From the IMG/VR virus record IMGVR_UViG_3300037851_000103, positions 20,104-84,103 of that record: a stretch of 64,000 bases of DNA; one strand, given 5' to 3'. How positions within the stretch are numbered: position 1 is the stretch's first letter; each line of letters begins with the position of its first letter. This DNA is from a virus (Duplodnaviria; Caudoviricetes). Below the pieces are notes generated by a model. It searched no databases and was not told where the DNA came from. It worked only from the letters and a program-made list of their open reading frames with translations. Of the stretch, positions 50,164-58,885 are shown one piece after another. The translations under genes were made by a program, and so were the position numbers.

Positions 50164-51072
50164 ATGATTTATATAACAGGTGGCTCTGGATTTATTGGAA
50201 CCAATCTTATAAAATATTTCAATAATTTAAATATTTTTGATATTATTGTTATTGATTATAAAGAACCAGAACAATCTTTAAAAATAAAAAATTATATAAC
50301 CCCTAGTATATTTTTAACACTTCTACCAACCATTAAAAATGAAGAAATAATTCATTTAGGGGCAATAACAGATACATTATGTAATGACTCAAATTTATTA
50401 ACTAAGGAAAATATTAATTATTCTACAGAAATAATAGACTATTGTAGTCGAAATAATAATAAGTGTATTTATGCGAGTAGTGCGTCCGTATATGGGAATG
50501 GTAATAATTTTCAGGATGGTTCCTTTATAGGTGAGTTAAGACAATTACATCCCATAAATTTATACGCACAATCAAAATTACAAGTCGATGCATTCGCCTC
50601 CTATTTTTTTGATAATTCCTCTCTATTTGGGCTGAGATTTTTTAATGTATTTGGGCCATATGATTATAAAAAAGGAAATATGTCAAATTTTATTTGTAAG
50701 AATTTTAATAAATTTAAAAATAAAGAACCTATTAAATTGTTTAAAATGAATACCATACCTCAACGAGATTTTATTTATGTAACTGATGTGTGCTATATAA
50801 TTTATGAATTTTTGAATAAATCATTAAAACCTAGTATTTATAATGTGGGAACTGGTATTTCTAATACTTGGGAAGATTTTTGTAAATATATGTATATAGC
50901 TAATGGGCATGAATTTTCAAATGAATTAATACAATATATAGAACCAACCTTTTCGTTAAATGGGTATCAATATTTTACAAAAGCTGATATAAGTAAATTA
51001 AGAATGCAAATCCAATATATTCCAACCACATTAAAAAAGGCATGTTATAATTATGTTCAATCTGGATTATAA
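50164..51072 (+). CDS. hldD: ADP-L-glycero-D-manno-heptose 6-epimerase
   Basis: ITGGSGFIGTN, HLGAITDT, YASSASVYG, PINLYAQSK (YxxxK), GLRFFNVFGP...KGNM, RDFIYVTDV, YQYFTKADISKLR. Confidence 0.9.
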   Translation: MIYITGGSGFIGTNLIKYFNNLNIFDIIVIDYKEPEQSLKIKNYITPSIFLTLLPTIKNEEIIHLGAITDTLCNDSNLLTKENINYSTEIIDYCSRNNNKCIYASSASVYGNGNNFQDGSFIGELRQLHPINLYAQSKLQVDAFASYFFDNSSLFGLRFFNVFGPYDYKKGNMSNFICKNFNKFKNKEPIKLFKMNTIPQRDFIYVTDVCYIIYEFLNKSLKPSIYNVGTGISNTWEDFCKYMYIANGHEFSNELIQYIEPTFSLNGYQYFTKADISKLRMQIQYIPTTLKKACYNYVQSGL

Positions 51073-52408
51073 GAAACCAAATATATTAGTTATTGGGGAT
51101 TTTTTACAAGATATTTATAATTATGGAATCATAACGAGGATTAATCCTGAATCTCCCTGCCCATTAATCAATAATAAAGAAGTAACTTATTCATTAGGTG
51201 GTGCGGGAAATGTTGTTAATAATTTAATATCATTAAATGCTAATGTGTTTGCTATTGGTATTATTGGATACGATGATGCGGGACGCTTTATTGAAAAACA
51301 ATTACACTCCTTATTAACTATGTCTAATTGCTTTCTATTTAAAATTAAAAATAAAACAACTCCTGTTAAAACAAGATTTTATGCTGATAATGTTCAATTA
51401 TTACGAGTTGATAAAGAACATAATTGTGAATTATCAATAGAAAATAAAAATGATATTTGTATGAATTTAAAAACCATTTTAAAAAATACTAAAATTGATT
51501 CAGTAATAGTTTCAGATTATAATAAAGGTATTACAGATGATGGATTGTGTCAAGAATATATAAAAATATGCAAAGACCAGAATATTCCTATATATATTGA
51601 TCCGAAAAAAGATTTTAAATATTATAAAAATTGTACATTTATTAAACCAAATTTATCAGAGGTTGAGAAATTTGCCCATTTTAATTTTTATGATTATAAA
51701 ACTATGTTACAATATATTATAGGAACATATCAAATTGAAACTGCAATGATAACATTAGGTAATCAAGGGTTGGTATATTTAGAACGAGGAAAAGAATTTA
51801 AACATTTTCAATCTGAAATAGCAGAAGTAAAAGATGTATGTGGGGCTGGGGATACCGTGTTATCTACATTTGTATATTTAAAATCAATTGGATTAGACTC
51901 TTATAAAGCAGCAGAATTGGCTAATATAGCAGGGGGTATATCCTGTTTGCATATTGGAACATATTCAGTTAAATTGAACGATCTTATTCAAAAAACAAAA
52001 ATAATATCAGATAAAATATTAAAAAATATTCTTCCAAATAATAAAAAAATCGTATTTTGCAATGGTTGTTTTGATCCTATTCACCCAGGTCATATTGAAT
52101 TATTTAAATATGCTAAAGCACAAGGGGATATTTTGATAGTTGCTACCAATTGTGATGCATATATTAAAAGAAAAGGGAATAATCGACCGAATTTTTTATT
52201 AAATGATCGGTTGAATATGTTAGCAAGTATACAATATATTGATTATGTAACATGGTTTGATGAAGATACCCCAGAAAATTTATTAAAAATAATTAATCCT
52301 AATATTTATGTTGTTGGGAATGATCATGCAAATGACCATACTAAAATTATAAAAGATGTTAGAATTTTTAATAGATATGGCAATTATAGTTCATCAAAAA
52401 TTAATTAG
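51053..52408 (+). CDS. hldE: Bifunctional heptose-7-phosphate kinase / heptose-1-phosphate adenylyltransferase
   Basis: PfkB domain (VIGDFLQD..YG...RINPESPCP, GGAGNV, DVCGAGDT) plus cytidylyltransferase-like domain (NGCFDPIHPGH, RP.....R..ML, FDEDTP). Confidence 0.92.
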   Translation: MFNLDYKKPNILVIGDFLQDIYNYGIITRINPESPCPLINNKEVTYSLGGAGNVVNNLISLNANVFAIGIIGYDDAGRFIEKQLHSLLTMSNCFLFKIKNKTTPVKTRFYADNVQLLRVDKEHNCELSIENKNDICMNLKTILKNTKIDSVIVSDYNKGITDDGLCQEYIKICKDQNIPIYIDPKKDFKYYKNCTFIKPNLSEVEKFAHFNFYDYKTMLQYIIGTYQIETAMITLGNQGLVYLERGKEFKHFQSEIAEVKDVCGAGDTVLSTFVYLKSIGLDSYKAAELANIAGGISCLHIGTYSVKLNDLIQKTKIISDKILKNILPNNKKIVFCNGCFDPIHPGHIELFKYAKAQGDILIVATNCDAYIKRKGNNRPNFLLNDRLNMLASIQYIDYVTWFDEDTPENLLKIINPNIYVVGNDHANDHTKIIKDVRIFNRYGNYSSSKIN

Positions 52409-52917
52409 CCACAGCATTTTTTAAATTTTTTACCAGAACCACATGGGCATTTTTCATTGCGACCAATAAATAAATTATTAGGTGCTTTGTTAATATGGGT
52501 TGGTGCTGTTAATAATTGATCTAATGATAATTTTTGTGAATTATTTATAAATTTAGGAGCATAATTTATATTTTGTTGTATTGGTTGTGAAACGGGGGTT
52601 TTATATGGGGTGCCGTCATTTATTCTTAATTTACCATTATCATTAACAATAATTCCCAATTGTAACAATTGCTTTGTTGCTTCAATTTCTTCTTGTTCTT
52701 CAATTGGTGATTTATCTGATTGTTTATCTTGAAATTGATACCATTTATAATCTTTTTCTGGAACTGGAGTCGTATCATCAAAATCTGCATTGCATGTTAA
52801 ATCATCAAAAGTAAAGCACCATTCATTTTTTGCTAAAAAATCATTTGATACTTGGCCATGATTTTGAAGAGTTTGTTTATTCGCGGGTTGATTCACCGTA
52901 TGCTCCTTCGGCGTCAT
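52405..52917 (-). CDS. SEC-C motif protein
   Basis: C-terminal [20 protein letters not shown]. Confidence 0.85.
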   Translation of the reverse strand: MTPKEHTVNQPANKQTLQNHGQVSNDFLAKNEWCFTFDDLTCNADFDDTTPVPEKDYKWYQFQDKQSDKSPIEEQEEIEATKQLLQLGIIVNDNGKLRINDGTPYKTPVSQPIQQNINYAPKFINNSQKLSLDQLLTAPTHINKAPNNLFIGRNEKCPCGSGKKFKKCCG

Positions 52918-53248
52918 TTAATGTTTTATATATATTTGATGGGGTTGGAAGTGTATCTTCTTCTGAGTTCATATTAATTTTTCGTGAAACCGTAATTGGT
53001 AACGGTGGATTAAAATCTTGTTCAGGAGTTTGTTCAGCTTCCGGTTCTGAATTGTTTTTAAATGTTAATAATTTATAAATGCTTACGAGAATCATCCATG
53101 ATAACAAGGAATGATTTTTAATAATTTCTAAATCATGAGGCAGCAGAGTTAATAAATAAATTAATAGCGAAAGTAAAAATATCTCTCCCATTATTGAAAC
53201 CATATCCCACCAATATATTTTAATTAATTCGTTAATTATTTTTTTCAT
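52877..53248 (-). CDS. Hypothetical membrane protein
   Basis: Two hydrophobic segments in the N-terminal half; ATGA overlap with the upstream gene. Confidence 0.55.
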   Translation of the reverse strand: MKKIINELIKIYWWDMVSIMGEIFLLSLLIYLLTLLPHDLEIIKNHSLLSWMILVSIYKLLTFKNNSEPEAEQTPEQDFNPPLPITVSRKINMNSEEDTLPTPSNIYKTLNDAEGAYGESTRE

Positions 53249-53691
53249 ATTTTATCCTCTTTAAATAACTTTGTTAATTCCGGTGAAATCTGACGCAATC
53301 CTGTTCCTCCAATTTTTTTATGAATATTTTTCCAATGATAATCGTGTTTCATGTCCCATGCCAAAAAAAATTGCAATAAATGTGAAATTTCGTGACTAAT
53401 TATTTCATATTGGAAATATTTTTGTTTTGAAAAAATTATTGGGCATAATGATATTTCCATTTTTTTAAGTGATTTATATTTAATTTCAGTATCAACAAAT
53501 GCCCAAATATTATCATATTCATATAACGAATGATCATATTTTATTTCGACTGGAATTTCTAATAAATTTTCATAAAGAGTAAAATATTTTTCATTTCCGC
53601 AATTATTTTTAAATTTTTCCATTGCAATTGTTATAAGAGGGATGACAATATTATTATAATCATTATAATCTGTATTGATAATCAATATCAT
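53245..53691 (-). CDS. SprT-like metalloprotease
   Basis: ISHEISHL (HExxH) followed by KHDYHWK...IGG. Confidence 0.7.
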   Translation of the reverse strand: MILIINTDYNDYNNIVIPLITIAMEKFKNNCGNEKYFTLYENLLEIPVEIKYDHSLYEYDNIWAFVDTEIKYKSLKKMEISLCPIIFSKQKYFQYEIISHEISHLLQFFLAWDMKHDYHWKNIHKKIGGTGLRQISPELTKLFKEDKI

Positions 53692-55112
53692 AAAACCTCT
53701 GGAGCAATTGAAAAGTTATCCCCGCATATTTTGTCTGCTAAGGAATCTAATAAACTATTATACAAGGTTGTGTCTAATTGTGCAAGGGCTGAATTTGCTT
53801 GCGAAATAATAGCATTAAGTGCTTGTGTTGGATTTAAGTCCTTGATAAGATTTTGGAGATTTTGAATTGATCCTGTATAAATTGATATAATATTTTGCAC
53901 GTCATCGAATTTTTTTAATTTGATTGCATTTAAAATTTTGGATTGAATATCTTGAATTAATAATTCTGGGGAGTTGCTAAGATTATTAATCGAATTGAAT
54001 ATATCATTGTTTAATGATGCGGTTGGGAGGTTTATTGATTGTATAACGTTTGTCATATTTAATAACAACTGTAATCCTGCAAAATTGAGGGAATTAGTTA
54101 ATTTGGCCATTTCTGCGCTCAATAAGGCAATAGCTTGAGTTGGGTCCAAGGTTTGCAATGATGTTAATATATCATTAAATTTTTGATTTTGAATCATACC
54201 AATAATGTCTTCAACTAAATCTTGTGCGCCATTGTTAATAGCATCTGTTAAATAACTATTTAACGCTTCAAGTTTTGCTACTGGATCAGTAATCTGCGAT
54301 ACTGCCGTCATTATTATATCGCGTTTTGCTTGTCTAATAGATTCGATAACGGTTCTCAATTGATCAAATAATCCAGATTGACACAATTGGGATGCTATTG
54401 AAATTAACTCGTCTAATCGTTCTAAGGGGTCTAATTTATTTAATTCTGTTAGGAGTTTTGAAAAACATTTTTGTGCGACTTCAGATAGAATTTGTGATTT
54501 TAATTTTGGGACAATCACTGGATTAAATTCAAAGGATGGGACTAATTGGGATAAGGATATAGTTGTTAAATCTTGAAGGCCAGAAATAATGGAATTGATA
54601 ACAGGGGCGTTTATAGTTGGCAATGATATGTTTGTGCCCAATTTATCTAAATTTGCATCATTTAATTTATTAATAACATTAGTCGCACAATTTTTTATAA
54701 TATTATTAAATTCTGTTAAAGGAGTTAAATTAGTAGGTACTTTTGGCAACAATTTATTTAACGAGGTATTATCCCCAAATGTTAATGTTTGTTTCGTGAA
54801 TCCAGATAATTTGTTTTTAATATCAATTTCGGACAATCCTTTAATATTATCTGTTATTTTATTTAAATTTGTATCTAACTTATTAAATGACAATGATTTA
54901 TTTAAAGTTGATTGAATGGTATTAATATCAGATTTTATTTGATTATCAACTGATGATAATGCATCTTTTAATTCGTCCGGTATAATTTCTAATGAATTAC
55001 TTTTCTGCCCAAAAACAGGAAGATCAACTTTTTTAATATCAGTTTTGCATTCGCAATTACAAACAGGTGTTGCGACAGGAAGCGAAATTTTTGGTTTTTT
55101 ATTTTTTGCCAT
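53688..55112 (-). CDS. Hypothetical alpha-helical repeat protein
   Basis: Start set at MAKNKK; recurring L(D/N)P helical motifs; N-terminal CNCEC. Confidence 0.65.
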   Translation of the reverse strand: MAKNKKPKISLPVATPVCNCECKTDIKKVDLPVFGQKSNSLEIIPDELKDALSSVDNQIKSDINTIQSTLNKSLSFNKLDTNLNKITDNIKGLSEIDIKNKLSGFTKQTLTFGDNTSLNKLLPKVPTNLTPLTEFNNIIKNCATNVINKLNDANLDKLGTNISLPTINAPVINSIISGLQDLTTISLSQLVPSFEFNPVIVPKLKSQILSEVAQKCFSKLLTELNKLDPLERLDELISIASQLCQSGLFDQLRTVIESIRQAKRDIIMTAVSQITDPVAKLEALNSYLTDAINNGAQDLVEDIIGMIQNQKFNDILTSLQTLDPTQAIALLSAEMAKLTNSLNFAGLQLLLNMTNVIQSINLPTASLNNDIFNSINNLSNSPELLIQDIQSKILNAIKLKKFDDVQNIISIYTGSIQNLQNLIKDLNPTQALNAIISQANSALAQLDTTLYNSLLDSLADKICGDNFSIAPEVL

Positions 55113-55141
55113 AATATAGTAATTATATCTTTTTTTCAAAA

Positions 55142-55176
55142 AAACTCCCCATAATTATTTAAATTATGGGGAGTTT
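55142..55176 (-). terminator. Rho-independent terminator
   Basis: 15-bp perfect stem (AAACTCCCCATAATT / AATTATGGGGAGTTT), 5-nt loop, T-run on the - strand, directly after the stop of ORF 55181. Confidence 0.8.
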
Positions 55177-55180
55177 AAAA

Positions 55181-55732
55181 TCATTCTTCATTAATAATTT
55201 TTAATAATTTTTCTTCTTTAGCGTCAATATGTTTATTAAGTGTAATGGATTCTTCTATTTCATCTTCTTCAGTTACAACGGTTTCTTTATGTTCGGCTGC
55301 AAATAATAGCTTATTTTTCTGTTTTTCGTCTTCATAAATAGCCAATTCCCTATCTATTTCATAACCAGATTTGGGTTTTGCGCTATACATTGAATCGAAT
55401 TTTTTATTGAGCGATATAATAGCATCATTTGATGGACCTGGATATCTGTCAACAGACGAATATTTTGTTGGGTTTTTCAAATCTGTTTTTTCAACTTTTG
55501 AATAGTGAATAGTTGTCCAGTAACAATCCCATGGATTTGGTCCAACATACATTTTTATATCATAATATCCAATATCATGGCATGCACATCCGATGACTCC
55601 AATTTGTGAAGGGTTGTTTTTTAATTTAACAACATCACCGTTATTCAAGAAATTGCACTTTCCTGAATACCAGTCATCTATATACGATGAAAATTTTTGT
55701 TGTTCGTATTTAGATTTTTTTGGTCTTGCCAT
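55181..55732 (-). CDS. Hypothetical protein
   Basis: 183 aa, AGGAG SD; GDVVKLKN...IGVIG resembles a small beta-barrel. Confidence 0.65.
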   Translation of the reverse strand: MARPKKSKYEQQKFSSYIDDWYSGKCNFLNNGDVVKLKNNPSQIGVIGCACHDIGYYDIKMYVGPNPWDCYWTTIHYSKVEKTDLKNPTKYSSVDRYPGPSNDAIISLNKKFDSMYSAKPKSGYEIDRELAIYEDEKQKNKLLFAAEHKETVVTEEDEIEESITLNKHIDAKEEKLLKIINEE

Positions 55733-55763
55733 AAAACTCTCCTAAGAAAGGGGGTTGATGTTT

Positions 55764-56654
55764 TTAAAGGTGATATTTATTTAAAATTGTTTTTATTTCA
55801 TGGATGGCTAATGATTCTTTTTCTTTATTAACCACCATAGAATCAACATTTTCATAAACCATTGAAAGACAAGACAATAATAATTGTTTAATTTTTTGTT
55901 CATCTGGATATGGAGGTAAGGTTGAATTTATATATAATTGTTCAAGGGCTTTTTCTTTATGAGTAAAATAATCAAAAATTTGTTCAATTTTCCATTCACC
56001 ACGTCTTATTTCTTTTAATTGTTCAATATTTTTAATTAAATCAATATCGTGTTCGATTAATATTTGTTCAACTTCATTCATAAGCCTTACTACATGGTAC
56101 GCAAATTTAACATCATATCCATATTTTTCGACTAATTCTTTTCGTGATCCTTCAGGGTTTTTTGATTTTATTTTGTGTAATTGGCTATATCCATATCCTT
56201 TGAAACGGTGCCAAGCCCCTTTATGTAAGAATATTTTTCTATTTTCTTTAACAATTTCACCGATTTTAGAAGTGTATATTACACATTTTCGATCTGTGAA
56301 TAATGAATCTATCATATTAGGGTTGCATTCCATACATAAATTAAAATAATCTACAATATTATAAATGTTAAAATCATATTGTTTTTTAGTAACATTATCA
56401 AAAATATGATGTTTTTGCCAGCAATTAAATCGTGGACCCTTTTTCCCAAATCCTTCAATTTCACCATTTAAATGGGGAAATATATATTCTTTAGGAGGAA
56501 TACAGAATCCATAAATATCATTGTCTGAATCATCATTATTTACCCCATATGCATAACTTCCCATGATTGTTAAATAATGAATACTATTTTCTAAGAAAAT
56601 AGGATATTCGTTTTTATTTATGGCTTTTCGTTCGATTAGTTGATTGAATAGCAT
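55764..56654 (-). CDS. Predicted nucleotidyltransferase (PF10127/RlaP-like)
   Basis: GSYAYG.NNDDSDNDIYG, CNPNMIDSLF, FKGYGYSQ, YDVKFAYHVVRL. Start set at MLFNQ. Confidence 0.85.
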   Translation of the reverse strand: MLFNQLIERKAINKNEYPIFLENSIHYLTIMGSYAYGVNNDDSDNDIYGFCIPPKEYIFPHLNGEIEGFGKKGPRFNCWQKHHIFDNVTKKQYDFNIYNIVDYFNLCMECNPNMIDSLFTDRKCVIYTSKIGEIVKENRKIFLHKGAWHRFKGYGYSQLHKIKSKNPEGSRKELVEKYGYDVKFAYHVVRLMNEVEQILIEHDIDLIKNIEQLKEIRRGEWKIEQIFDYFTHKEKALEQLYINSTLPPYPDEQKIKQLLLSCLSMVYENVDSMVVNKEKESLAIHEIKTILNKYHL

Positions 56655-57208
56655 AATTCTTCCTTGTGGTTGAATATATAAGAAAGACCAAGATTTTCTA
56701 ATCCGATGGTCCAATGTTGTTTTTCATATTTTGAAGCATTTAAAATGTATGCCGCAAATGTTTCTTGAATAGTAGGAACTTTTGGTTTGATTTTAGGAAA
56801 CATATTGCATTCTTCTGGTAACAAGTGATTTTTTTTAATTTGACATTTTTTGCATGATGCAACAAGATTTGTCCAAATTGTTTGCCCTTTTAATTTTTTA
56901 GGAATAATATGATCCCGTGTACCGGAACTGTTTGTTAATAATGTGCCACAATATTGACAAATATAAGAATCTCTAATTAAAATAGCTTTTTTATTAGGTA
57001 CAATACTGCGTAATTGCTTTCTATCCAGATTATATTTTAACGCGACAATGCATGGCCAAGAATATTCTTGTGAAACAGAATGTAATTTCTTATCTGGGTA
57101 CTCCCATAATAATTGAGCTTTTTCTTCATATAATAAGCAAAAGGCTTTGAACCATGAAACTATTCCAGCGGGTTCATATCCCCTTGTTAATAATATCGTT
57201 CTAGCCAT
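56636..57208 (-). CDS. HNH endonuclease (McrA-like)
   Basis: RDSYICQYCG...TRDHIIP...WTNLVASCKKCQIKK. Confidence 0.85.
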   Translation of the reverse strand: MARTILLTRGYEPAGIVSWFKAFCLLYEEKAQLLWEYPDKKLHSVSQEYSWPCIVALKYNLDRKQLRSIVPNKKAILIRDSYICQYCGTLLTNSSGTRDHIIPKKLKGQTIWTNLVASCKKCQIKKNHLLPEECNMFPKIKPKVPTIQETFAAYILNASKYEKQHWTIGLENLGLSYIFNHKEELCYSIN

Positions 57209-57313
57209 ATCTAGCCCTTTTCCGTAAAGTTAATCTTATTCTATATCAGTTTTTTCAAAGTCAAGAAGAAAATTTTTATAAAATTGATATAATATAATTC
57301 AGGAGAACATTTT

Positions 57314-57706
57314 ATGATAGTTTCAAATTTTCAACTTGTCAATTCTATTGAGACTTTAAATTATTTAATGACTCAAAAAATTGATATCACAGCATCATTT
57401 CAGTTGTTATTGATTACTGAAAAAATTAATGACCGATTAAAAGTTTTTGAACAATGTAAGAAAATTATATTTGATAAATATATTGTCAAAGATGAAAAAG
57501 GACAAGTTGTTAATGCCAAAGATGAACAAGGTAATGTATTGAAAGATAAAGTATTATTTAATAATTCTGAAGAATTTCAAAAAGAATACAATGAACTATT
57601 AGCGGTTGAAGTAGAAATTGAAATCCCTAAAATTGATAAAAAACATTTATCAAATGTTGTTATTGAACCTATTCGACTGAACACGATCCTTTGGCTTATT
57701 GTTTGA
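57314..57706 (+). CDS. DUF1617-like phage protein
   Basis: Pattern ...KY..KDE.G...FQKEYNELLAVEVEIEIPKI...IEP..L..I; AGGAG SD and TGaTATAAT upstream. Confidence 0.6.
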   Translation: MIVSNFQLVNSIETLNYLMTQKIDITASFQLLLITEKINDRLKVFEQCKKIIFDKYIVKDEKGQVVNAKDEQGNVLKDKVLFNNSEEFQKEYNELLAVEVEIEIPKIDKKHLSNVVIEPIRLNTILWLIV

Positions 57707-57732
57707 TATTATAAAATAATTAAAATAATGAT

Positions 57733-57773
57733 ATAACCTCATAATTATAAAATAGTTATGAGGTTATTTTTTT
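57733..57773 (+). terminator. Rho-independent terminator
   Basis: 12-bp stem ATAACCTCATAA / TTATGAGGTTAT followed by a T-tract. Confidence 0.8.
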
Positions 57774-57791
57774 ATTTGTTTGAAATAATAA

Positions 57792-57799
57792 TATAAATA
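57792..57799 (+). promoter_or_regulatory. T4-type late promoter box TATAAATA
   Basis: Exact box just downstream of the terminator and 18 nt before ATG 57818, followed by an AAGGTGG SD. Confidence 0.55.
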
Positions 57800-57817
57800 A
57801 AGGTGGAAAACTAAATT

Positions 57818-58387
57818 ATGCAATATGACACTACTGGTAAAGATAGTAATTCTAATACACAAATAATTGTATTAGATCATCTATTAGAGTTAATGAAAAC
57901 TCAGCCGGATACTATTGTTGATATTATTAAAAGTCGAAATTTGCAAATAAAAATGCTTAAAGCCGAAATACAACACCGTAATGTTGTATATAAAGAAATG
58001 GAACAACGATCAGACAATTTAGTAATTGAAAAAAATATTTTAAAACAAGATAATGAAAAATTATTACAAGACATTGAAAAATTATCCCAATACAATTTAA
58101 AATTAAAAAATTATATTAAAGTTATCTTAGAAGACATAAAAGAACTTAATGAATCTAATACAAAACTAAATAATGCTATTAAAATGCCGTGGTGGGAAAG
58201 AATATATAATTATTCAGAATCTTTGCCCATAACAATAAAATCTATTATTCAATTTATTTTTCATCCTCAATTAATTAAATATTTTGGGTATTTAGTTATT
58301 ATTATCATTATTTTAGCTTCATTTATTGGTTGGTCGCCTATTATTTCTACCGTCACTTTAATAATTCAAGCAATTTTTGGGGGATGA
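57818..58387 (+). CDS. Coiled-coil protein with C-terminal membrane anchor
   Basis: Heptad-rich central region; hydrophobic C-terminus YFGYLVIIIIILASFIGWSPIISTVTLIIQAIFGG. Confidence 0.7.
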   Translation: MQYDTTGKDSNSNTQIIVLDHLLELMKTQPDTIVDIIKSRNLQIKMLKAEIQHRNVVYKEMEQRSDNLVIEKNILKQDNEKLLQDIEKLSQYNLKLKNYIKVILEDIKELNESNTKLNNAIKMPWWERIYNYSESLPITIKSIIQFIFHPQLIKYFGYLVIIIIILASFIGWSPIISTVTLIIQAIFGG

Positions 58388-58875
58388 ATATGAAAGGGAA
58401 TGAACCAAAAATAAATATTTTATTAGCTGATGATAAAAGAGAAATTTGTGAGAGTTTAGATTTAAATTTACAATATCAATTGAAAATGTATAATTTAAAA
58501 ACTTATTGTATTCAAACCGTTTTTACTTCACACGCTTGTCAACATGGAAAACAAACTGTTGCTAATGGATTTCTTCCTAATATTTGTATTTTTGATTTGA
58601 TTTTTAATGGTGATACTGGATTAGATTTATATAATTATATTAAACAACAAACCCCATCTAATTATCCACTTTATCTTTGCATATATACGGGAACAGAAAA
58701 ATTGTACCAAAAACGGCAAGAAGCAGAAATATTAGCATCAACTGAACATGGAAATGTTAAAATTGTTCAAAAACCTAATATTAATGAAATTTTATCGTGG
58801 TTCCATTATATACTTTCTAAAAAATATCATTTAGATAAAAAAATAGAAAATGATGATTTGTTCATGACTTTATGA
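58384..58875 (+). CDS. Single-domain response regulator (CheY-like receiver)
   Basis: ILLADD acidic pocket, PNICIFD phospho-acceptor, GLDL, IYTG switch Thr and QKP Lys are all present. Start set at the ATGA overlap. Confidence 0.85.
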   Translation: MNMKGNEPKINILLADDKREICESLDLNLQYQLKMYNLKTYCIQTVFTSHACQHGKQTVANGFLPNICIFDLIFNGDTGLDLYNYIKQQTPSNYPLYLCIYTGTEKLYQKRQEAEILASTEHGNVKIVQKPNINEILSWFHYILSKKYHLDKKIENDDLFMTL

Positions 58876-58885
58876 AAGATGAAAC

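Noticed and set aside
43423-52408. Host chromosomal LPS locus or chimeric contig
   Set aside because: Base composition, tight overlaps and promoter style match the flanking phage genes, and no housekeeping waa/kdt context is present. Read-level confirmation was not possible.
57238-57264. Minus-strand sigma70 promoter TTGACT...TAGAAT for the HNH gene
   Set aside because: The spacer is only 15 nt, so it is not reported as a feature.
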